A DNA stretch of 34,118 nt, taken from NCBI GenBank assembly GCA_028287625.1, contig JAQBPH010000335.1, forward strand, positions 1 through 34,118, in the 5' to 3' direction. This DNA is from Chloroflexota bacterium (GTDB lineage: Bacteria > Chloroflexota > Dormibacteria > Aeolococcales > Aeolococcaceae). Shown one piece after another: positions 27,727-34,118 of the stretch (position 1 is its first letter; every line of letters starts with the position of its first letter). The notes beneath the pieces were generated by a model. That model was not told the origin of the DNA. It was given only the letters and a program-made list of their open reading frames with translations, and did not search any database. The position numbers and the translations under genes were made by a program.

Positions 27727-28944
27727 TCAGCGCCGGCTGAAGGGGGAGGGGTCGGGCCTACCCCAGTATCCTCGGTCGAAGCGCCCGGGCCGGTCCTTCG
27801 CGAGGCGCACCGCGCGGCCATCCTCGGGATCGATGCCGGTCGCCAGGGAGGGGGCCTGTCCCGGCTCGCCGCGACCGTGACCGTCCTTCCCCACCGGCAC
27901 CGTCGTGCGGACACCGCGCGCGCTCTCCTCGGCCGGGTGGGGATGACCGTGATTGCCATGCGGGTGTCCGTGGTCCAGCTGGCCGGTCGCTGCTGCCGAC
28001 CGCCCATCGGGCTCGGAATGCAGGCTCTTCAGACGGGGCAGCGCCTGCAGCGCACGACCGACGTCGCGCTCGTACTTCAGCACCACGCACATCGTCTCCG
28101 CGACGACGGCCGCGTCGAGGTCCTCGACACCGAGCACGGCGAGCGTGTGCGCCCAGTCCAGCGCCTCCGAGATGCTGGGTGGCTTCCTGAGATCGAGAGT
28201 ACGCAGCTCGCGGATGATCGCGACCAGGCTGCGGGTGAGCTCGTCCGAGAGGGCGACACCCTTGGAGCGGATGATCTCGACCTCCCGGTCGGCGCTGGGA
28301 TACTCCAGCGTCAGATGCAGGCAGCGGCGCTTGAGCGCGGCCGACAGATCCCGGGTGTTGTTCGAGGTGAGCACGACGTACGGACGCCGGCTGGCCGTGA
28401 AGGTCCCGATCTCGGGGACGGAGACCTGGAAGTCCGACAGGGTCTCGAGGAGCACGGCCTCGAGGGCCTCGTCGGCTCGGTCCACCTCATCGATCAGCAG
28501 TACCGGCGGCTCAGGGGAGCGGATGGCCTCGAGCAGTGGGCGCGGAGCAAGAAAGCGCTCCGAGAAGAAGACGCCCTGGTGCGCGCCGATCTTGTCGACC
28601 GCAGCCTCGAGAGTGTCCGCGTCCTCGATCAGGGTCTGGATCTTGTCACGCAGGAGCTGGGTGTAGAGGAGCTGCTTGCCGTAATCCCATTCGTAGAGGG
28701 CACGGGTCTCGTCCTGCCCCTCGTAGCACTGCAGCCGGATGAGACGGCGACCCGTGACCCGCGCCAGGGTCTTCGCCAGCTCGGTCTTCCCCACCCCGGC
28801 GGGGCCTTCCAGGAGCAGTGGCTTCTCCAGGCGGCTGAGGAGAAACACTGCGGTGGCGATGCGCCGGTCCGCGATATACCCGTGCTCACGAAAGCCATCG
28901 ACCACCGTGTCGACGCTGGCGAATTGCGGACCGGCATCCAGCAC
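27727..28944 (-). CDS. madB: MadB / MoxR family AAA+ ATPase
   Basis: Walker A GPAGVGKT, RLQCYEG, Walker B LLIDEVDR, LKRRC. His-rich C-terminal extension. AGGAGG RBS. Confidence 0.92.
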   Translation of the reverse strand: MLDAGPQFASVDTVVDGFREHGYIADRRIATAVFLLSRLEKPLLLEGPAGVGKTELAKTLARVTGRRLIRLQCYEGQDETRALYEWDYGKQLLYTQLLRDKIQTLIEDADTLEAAVDKIGAHQGVFFSERFLAPRPLLEAIRSPEPPVLLIDEVDRADEALEAVLLETLSDFQVSVPEIGTFTASRRPYVVLTSNNTRDLSAALKRRCLHLTLEYPSADREVEIIRSKGVALSDELTRSLVAIIRELRTLDLRKPPSISEALDWAHTLAVLGVEDLDAAVVAETMCVVLKYERDVGRALQALPRLKSLHSEPDGRSAAATGQLDHGHPHGNHGHPHPAEESARGVRTTVPVGKDGHGRGEPGQAPSLATGIDPEDGRAVRLAKDRPGRFDRGYWGRPDPSPFSRR

Positions 28945-28976
28945 CGAACGCCCTCCTGAGGAGCGGTGAGCAGGCG

Positions 28977-29012
28977 GTGCCCGGCGCCGGCTCCTGGGCC
29001 TGCGCCGGGCAC
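28977..29012 (-). terminator. GC-rich stem-loop between mdo and madB (attenuator or mRNA-stabilising hairpin)
   Basis: Perfect 11-bp inverted repeat GTGCCCGGCGC / GCGCCGGGCAC just after the mdo stop. No U-tract. Confidence 0.55.
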
Positions 29013-29035
29013 GTGTCTGTGTGTCTGTCGTCGCG

Positions 29036-30325
29036 CTAGAGGAGATCGTCGAGAGAGCCGGTCATGCAGTGCTCGACCACCGGCCGCACGGTCTTGAAGG
29101 TGCACTCCTTGGGGTTCCCCGGGGTGCACGCGTCGCCCAGAACGTGGTTGGTGATGCGATCGACGTCTGCCGCGTCCCCGATGATCTCCTTGGCCTTGGC
29201 GTAGAAGGGCGTCGGGCCCTGACCCAGTCGGTTCTTCACGTAGCTGTCCTGCTTCACAGCCACGAAGTTCTCGGGGATGCCCACGTCGCGGAGCAGCTGG
29301 ATCGAGGCCCGCAGCGCCTCCCTGGCCGCCTGAACCGTCGTCATGCCCCTGGTGTCGACACCCATGACCTCGGCGATGTCCGCGAACCGCTGGTACACGA
29401 CGGGCATATTGAAGGCCCACACCCGGGGGAGAGCGACCGCGTTGTTGAGGCCGTGATGGGTGTCGTAGAAGGCCGACACCGCGTGGGAGATGGAGTTGAT
29501 GATCCCGAGGCCGCCGGAGTTGAACGCCTGCGCCGCGATGTACTGCGCGTACATCATGCCCTCGCGGCCGGCCAGGTCATTCGGATTCCAGGTGGCGGTC
29601 CGCAGGCTCGACACCGTCAGCCGGATGGCGTGGAGGGCGTTGCCGAGCGAGGGGTGGAAGTTCAGCCGCGAGACGTACGGCTCGGACGCGTGGGCGAGAA
29701 CGTCGAAGCCGCACTGCGCCGTGTAGTCCATCGGACAGTCGTAGTACAGCGTGGGATCGTCGATGGCAAGGGACGCGATGCAGGGATCGTCGAAGGCGAC
29801 GTACTTGTGCGGATTGTTGGGATCGGTGGTCGTGTCGGTGATCACGTACGCCCAGGAGGTCTCCGACCCCGTCCCCGCCGTGGTGGAGACGGCGATGTGG
29901 GGCGGATTCTTGGGGTTCTCCGACTTGTTGAAGCCCTCGAACTCATTGACGTTGCGGCCGTCGTGCGCCACGGAGACACGGGCGCCCTTGCATGCGTCGT
30001 GGCTCGAACCGCCGCCGATGGAGACGAAGCTGTCGCACTTCTCGCTCTGATACAGGGCCACAGCGTCCATCACGTTGTAGTCCTTGGGGTTCGACTCCAC
30101 CTTGTCGAAGACCGTGGGCTCGATGCCGTGGTACCTCAGGGAGCCCACGATGCGCTCGACGATGTCCGAACCGCGCAGGCCGGTGGTCATCACCAGGGTG
30201 CGCTGGAAGCCCAGCTTCTTGGCCTCGGGGCCGATGAGCTCGTGAGCGCCGGGTCCGAGAAGGGCCCTGGGGAACGGATGGAACTCCTTGATCGGGAACA
30301 GCCTGATCAGTTCTTCGACTTTCAT
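29036..30325 (-). CDS. mdo: NDMA-dependent methanol dehydrogenase (nicotinoprotein Mdo/Mno/ThcE, group III ADH)
   Basis: FPIKEFHPFPRALLGPGAHE, VESNPKDYNV, GGGSSHDACKG, TTAGTGSETSWAYVITD, FDVLAHASEPY, HHGLNNA, GDACTPGNPK. Confidence 0.94.
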   Translation of the reverse strand: MKVEELIRLFPIKEFHPFPRALLGPGAHELIGPEAKKLGFQRTLVMTTGLRGSDIVERIVGSLRYHGIEPTVFDKVESNPKDYNVMDAVALYQSEKCDSFVSIGGGSSHDACKGARVSVAHDGRNVNEFEGFNKSENPKNPPHIAVSTTAGTGSETSWAYVITDTTTDPNNPHKYVAFDDPCIASLAIDDPTLYYDCPMDYTAQCGFDVLAHASEPYVSRLNFHPSLGNALHAIRLTVSSLRTATWNPNDLAGREGMMYAQYIAAQAFNSGGLGIINSISHAVSAFYDTHHGLNNAVALPRVWAFNMPVVYQRFADIAEVMGVDTRGMTTVQAAREALRASIQLLRDVGIPENFVAVKQDSYVKNRLGQGPTPFYAKAKEIIGDAADVDRITNHVLGDACTPGNPKECTFKTVRPVVEHCMTGSLDDLL

Positions 30326-30408
30326 GGAGCCGGCTCCTCCTCTGACCTCAGACCTCTAAGGCGCACTGTGCTCAGGCATCACTGTCGCAGACGCCTGCCA
30401 ACCTGAGT

Positions 30409-30438
30409 AAGCTAGTGCCCGGCGAGAGGGCCATGCAA
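30409..30438 (-). promoter_or_regulatory. Putative sigma70-type promoter of the mdo operon
   Basis: Minus strand TTGCAT (30438-30433), 18-nt spacer, TAGCTT (30414-30409). Confidence 0.4.
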
Positions 30439-30477
30439 TACCGGGCGCGAAAGACCATCCGGCCAGACGGCGTGGAC

Positions 30478-30493
30478 CCCACCATTTGGACAG
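30478..30493. promoter_or_regulatory. Candidate operator CCCACC-ATTT-GGACAG in the mdo/mftA divergent region
   Basis: Reverse complement CTGTCCAAATGGTGGG resembles CTGTCCAATCGTGGGG at 18592. Confidence 0.35.
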
Positions 30494-30658
30494 GGCGGCT
30501 CAAGCCACAGTGGGAGTTGTGGAGGTGCATCGACGTCGCCTATGGTCTCCACGCCGGGCAGGGCAGTCGCAGATCGTAGTTACATCGGTTCCGAGATGGC
30601 CTTCGGGCGGTGTCGCGGTTGGCCGCTTCACGGGGTTGTCTGTCAGGGGAGGAGTGTC

Positions 30659-30862
30659 TTGGACCGGAGCCATGCTGGCACGCCGGAGCACGTCTCGGAT
30701 GAGGACGCGACGGAGGAGGCCTGCTCGGTCGCCGAGGACGAGGTTCCTGCCCGCTCCCATGCGGTGCCCTCGTCGCCTTCCGATGCCGATTCTGACACGG
30801 AGTCGATTGCCGAGCTCCTGCTGGAGGAGGTGTCGATCGATGGTATGTGCGGCGTCTACTGA
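30659..30862 (+). CDS. mftA: Mycofactocin precursor peptide
   Basis: Ends LLEEVSIDGMCGVY*. GGGGAGGAG RBS before TTG 30659 (start inferred). Confidence 0.93.
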   Translation: MDRSHAGTPEHVSDEDATEEACSVAEDEVPARSHAVPSSPSDADSDTESIAELLLEEVSIDGMCGVY

Positions 30863-30863
30863 T

Positions 30864-31154
30864 GTGGTGCCTCGCTCCCCTGGGCGCGCTCCGTTCAGGG
30901 TGGACGGCGCCTACCGGCTGAGCCCGTCCGCAGCACTGCGCCCGGAGCAGTTCGGTGCGCTCGCGTATCACTACGGGAACCGGCGGCTCACCTTTCTCAA
31001 GTCGCCTCAGCTGGTGTCGGTGGTGCGCGCGCTGGAGGCGCACGCGACTGCGCAGGAGGCGATGGACAGCGTCGGCGTCGATTCCGCGCGTCGCCCGGAT
31101 GTCGAGCGCGCCCTTGCCGGGCTGCTCGAGCTCGAGGTGCTCGATGCTCGCTGA
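30864..31154 (+). CDS. mftB: Mycofactocin RRE chaperone MftB
   Basis: LRPEQFGALAYHYGNRRLTFLKSP. Between mftA and mftC. Confidence 0.92.
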   Translation: MVPRSPGRAPFRVDGAYRLSPSAALRPEQFGALAYHYGNRRLTFLKSPQLVSVVRALEAHATAQEAMDSVGVDSARRPDVERALAGLLELEVLDAR

Positions 31155-32358
31155 TCGGGAGTCGGCGCGGGCGGGTGGGGGGTCTCTCGTCGAGCGGTTG
31201 AAGGTTGGCCTCGACGCCCCCATCTGCCTGACCTGGGAGCTGACCTATGCCTGCAACCTGGCCTGCGTTCACTGCCTGTCCTCGTCCGGAAGGCGCGACC
31301 CGGGCGAGCTGACCACGGCCGAATGTCACCGACTGATCGACGAGTTCCGCCGGATGCGGGTCTTCTACGTCAACGTCGGTGGCGGGGAGCCGACCATTCG
31401 CCCCGACTTCTGGGATCTCGTCGACCATGCGGTGGCGGAGGGGGTGGGGGTCAAGTTCTCGACGAACGGGATTCGCATCGACCGCGACCGAGCCCGGCGC
31501 CTCGCGGGCACGGACTATGTCGACGTGCAGATCTCGATCGACGGCGCCGACGCCACCGTGAACGACGCGATACGGGGTGCCGGCTCGTTTGCCATGGCGC
31601 AGCGGGCCATGGAGCATCTGGCGGAGGCCGGCTTTCAGAACTTCAAGGTCAGCGTCGTGATCACGCGGCACAACGTCGGCCAGCTCGACGCCCTCAAGGC
31701 GATCGCCGACCGCCATGGCGCGACGCTGCGCCTCACGCGGTTGCGCCCCTCCGGGAGGGGGGCGGACGTGTGGGGTGAGCTCCACCCCACGGCGTCGCAG
31801 CAGCGCCATCTCCACGCCTGGCTCCTCGAGCACGGCGAGACGGTGCTGACAGGGGACTCCTTCTTCCACCTGTCGGGTTTCGGCCGGGCGCTCCCCGGCC
31901 TCAACCTGTGCGGCGCCGGGCGCATCGTCTGCCTCGTCGACCCGGTTGGGGATGTCTACGCATGCCCGTTCGCAATCCACGAGGCCTTCCGCGCAGGGAG
32001 CATCCGGGAACCCGGTGGGTTCGCGAGCGTGTGGCGTGACTCGTCGCTCTTTGCCGAGCTGCGCACCCAGCAGGTGTCCGGGCCGTGCACCTCGTGCGGT
32101 GCATTCGAGGCGTGCCAGGGCGGCTGCATGGCGGCGAAGTTCTTCACAGGCCTGCCCCTGGACGGCCCGGACCCCGAGTGCGTGAGGGGATTCGGCGAGC
32201 AGGCTCTGGCCGGTGTCTCGCCAGGCTCGCGGCCGCGCCCCGTGCCCGACCATTCGCGGCCGAGTGTCTCTCGTCCGGGCCTCAACCGGCTGCCCCTGGG
32301 TGATGCCACCCCGGGCCGTGCGTGCAGCACCAGTCCCGTCCTCCCCGGCGGCGGGTAG
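31144..32358 (+). CDS. mftC: Mycofactocin radical SAM/SPASM maturase MftC
   Basis: PICLTWELTYACNLACVHCLSSSG (CxxxCxxC), GGGEP, NLCGAG, CPF, CxxC...CQGGCMAAKFFTG, DPECV. Confidence 0.95.
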   Translation: MLADRESARAGGGSLVERLKVGLDAPICLTWELTYACNLACVHCLSSSGRRDPGELTTAECHRLIDEFRRMRVFYVNVGGGEPTIRPDFWDLVDHAVAEGVGVKFSTNGIRIDRDRARRLAGTDYVDVQISIDGADATVNDAIRGAGSFAMAQRAMEHLAEAGFQNFKVSVVITRHNVGQLDALKAIADRHGATLRLTRLRPSGRGADVWGELHPTASQQRHLHAWLLEHGETVLTGDSFFHLSGFGRALPGLNLCGAGRIVCLVDPVGDVYACPFAIHEAFRAGSIREPGGFASVWRDSSLFAELRTQQVSGPCTSCGAFEACQGGCMAAKFFTGLPLDGPDPECVRGFGEQALAGVSPGSRPRPVPDHSRPSVSRPGLNRLPLGDATPGRACSTSPVLPGGG

Positions 32359-32490
32359 GGCAGCGAGCCGTGTTGACGCAGGATGCGGGCCCCAGCCATC
32401 GGTTCCGGCCAGGGACCACGGTGTTGCCGTTGCCGAGGCAGGTCACCATCGATCGACGCTCGCCCTGGCGAGCGCACACGGAGGAGAGTG

Positions 32491-33006
32491 ATGAAACAGA
32501 GCGTGAGGGTCGACGTGAACGGCGTGCGGCGCGAGGACGCGGTGGAGCCACGCCTGCTCCTGGTCCACTACCTGCGCGAGGTCGCGGGGCTGACCGGGAC
32601 CCATGTCGGATGCGACACCAGCCAGTGCGGCGCGTGCACGGTGCTCGTCGACGGCAGGGCGGTGAAGTCGTGCAGCATGTTCGCGGTGCAGGCGAACGGC
32701 CGCCAGGTGACCACGGTGGAGGGGCTGGCCCAGGGAGGCCTGCTGCACCCGGTGCAGGAGGCGTTCTGGAGCGAGCACGGCCTGCAGTGCGGGTACTGCA
32801 CGCCCGGCTTCATCATGGCGGCAGTCCACCTGCTGGCACAGGACCCCTCGCCCAGCGACGACGACATCCGCAGAGGGCTCGAGGGCAACATCTGCCGCTG
32901 CACCGGCTATGAGAACATCCTCAAGGCGGTGCGCGCGGCGAGCGAGAAGATGGCTGCGGCGCAGCCGGCGCAGCCCGCGGCCGAGCCCGCGGGCGTGGGG
33001 AGCTAG
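32491..33006 (+). CDS. coxS: CoxS/CutS-like [2Fe-2S] subunit of a xanthine-oxidase-family molybdoenzyme
   Basis: GGAGGAG RBS. GCDTSQCGACTV, LQCGYCTPG, GNICRCTGY. Confidence 0.93.
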   Translation: MKQSVRVDVNGVRREDAVEPRLLLVHYLREVAGLTGTHVGCDTSQCGACTVLVDGRAVKSCSMFAVQANGRQVTTVEGLAQGGLLHPVQEAFWSEHGLQCGYCTPGFIMAAVHLLAQDPSPSDDDIRRGLEGNICRCTGYENILKAVRAASEKMAAAQPAQPAAEPAGVGS

Positions 33007-33009
33007 GCG

Positions 33010-34118
33010 ATGGCGGTCACCCAGATGATCGGCGCGCACATCCAGCGGCGCGAGGACCCGCGGCTCATCACCGGCCACGGCAACTACATCGACGACATGA
33101 AGCTGCCCGGCATGCTGCACATGTCGGTGGTGCGCAGCCCCTATGCGCACGCGCGCATCCGTTCGATCGACACCGCCGAGGCGGCGGCGTCGCCCGGAGT
33201 GCACGCGGTGTACACGGCGAAGGACTTCCAGGCCGTGCTCACCGGCGGCATCCCCGCGGCCCCCGCCTTCGTGCCCGACAAGAAGCAGGTGCCCAACCAG
33301 TACCCGATCGCGGACGCCGAGGCCGTGTACCAGGGTGAGCCGGTCGCCGTGGTGCTCGCCGACGACCGCTACCTCGCCGACGACGCCGCCCAGCTGGTGA
33401 GCGTCGACTACGACCCGCTGCCCGCGGTCATGGACCTGGAGAAGGCGCTCGAGCCGGGAAGCCCGACCGCCCACGAGGGCGCCCCGGACAACGTCGCGTG
33501 GGACGCCGTCTTCCCCGGCGGCGACATCGAGGCGGCGATGGCCGAGGCGGAGGTGACGCTGTCGCTGCGCATCACCCAGCAGCGGCTCTTCCCCCTGGCC
33601 ATCGAGGGCCGCGGCTGCGTCGCCGAGTGGGTGCCCTTCGACAACCGGCTGACGCTCTGGACCTCGACGCAGGTGCCGCACTTCGTGCGGCTGTTCCTCA
33701 GCGGGGCGCTGGGGGTCACCGAGGCGCAGATGCGGGTGGTGGCCAACGACGTCGGCGGCGGCTTCGGGTCCAAGATCCGGCCCTATCCCGAGGAGTACCT
33801 CGCCTGCGCCGGCTCGAGGCTGGTGGGGCGGCCGGTGAAGTGGATCGAGGGGCGGACCGAGAACCTGCAGGCGTCCACCCACGGCCGCGGCCAGATGTTC
33901 GACCTCGAGGTCGGCGCGAAGCGGGACGGCACCCTGCTCGGTCTGCGCATCACCCAGCTGCTCGACGCCGGCGCCTACGTCGGCGTCTTCGGCTCCTTCC
34001 AGACCGTGGCCATCCTGCTCGGCGGCGGCTGCTACACCTTCAAGGCGGTGCACGGTCGCAGCCTCGGCATCCTCACCAACCGGGTGTCCACCGACCCCTA
34101 CCGCGGCGCCGGACGGCC
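33010..34118 (+). CDS. Molybdopterin large subunit, form II CoxL-like (partial, runs off the window)
   Basis: Not in the ORF track because it has no stop. MAVTQMIGAHIQRREDPRLITG, RSPYAHARI, DVGGGFGSK, RPVKW, ending TDPYRGAGR. Confidence 0.92.
   Translation, partial: MAVTQMIGAHIQRREDPRLITGHGNYIDDMKLPGMLHMSVVRSPYAHARIRSIDTAEAAASPGVHAVYTAKDFQAVLTGGIPAAPAFVPDKKQVPNQYPIADAEAVYQGEPVAVVLADDRYLADDAAQLVSVDYDPLPAVMDLEKALEPGSPTAHEGAPDNVAWDAVFPGGDIEAAMAEAEVTLSLRITQQRLFPLAIEGRGCVAEWVPFDNRLTLWTSTQVPHFVRLFLSGALGVTEAQMRVVANDVGGGFGSKIRPYPEEYLACAGSRLVGRPVKWIEGRTENLQASTHGRGQMFDLEVGAKRDGTLLGLRITQLLDAGAYVGVFGSFQTVAILLGGGCYTFKAVHGRSLGILTNRVSTDPYRGAGR

Noticed and set aside
30547-30650. Structured RNA or riboswitch in the mftA leader
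   Set aside because: Only a short C(UUCG)G hairpin is visible, with no recognisable riboswitch consensus.
33010-34118. Genuine (form I) aerobic CO dehydrogenase
   Set aside because: The motif is PYRGAGR, not AYxCSFR, and the gene order is S-L. CO oxidation cannot be claimed.
1-34118. Mobile element, CRISPR array, tRNA or rRNA
   Set aside because: No integrase or transposase motifs, regularly spaced repeats or RNA gene signatures were seen. Island status is inferred only from gene content.

Overview
High-GC bacterial window that reads as a gas-oxidation and alcohol-oxidation gene island. It opens inside a copper membrane monooxygenase (CuMMO; pMMO/AMO/HMO family) operon: the 3' end of subunit A, a complete subunit B and a PmoD-like gene. 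Nine tightly coupled, unannotated genes follow, each encoding a single-TM heptad coiled-coil protein. Downstream are a PsbP-like lipoprotein, an SBP56/methanethiol-oxidase-family gene and assorted accessory genes. The middle holds two NarL-type two-component systems, one MadS/MadR-like beside an ErcA-like Fe-ADH. The right part has the mdo(mno)-madB-madC-mftM operon, transcribed divergently from mycofactocin mftABC, and ends in a form II coxSL-like molybdoenzyme cut by the window edge. The most striking points are the physical linkage of a PmoD-containing, HMO-like CuMMO to a mycofactocin-dependent methanol/alcohol dehydrogenase system, and the nine-gene membrane coiled-coil array inside the CuMMO operon. 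All family calls come from motif recognition by eye, not from database searches. No rRNA, tRNA, CRISPR array or transposase was seen. Gene content suggests Actinomycetota or a relative such as Chloroflexota/Dormibacterota, but the host cannot be determined from this window.
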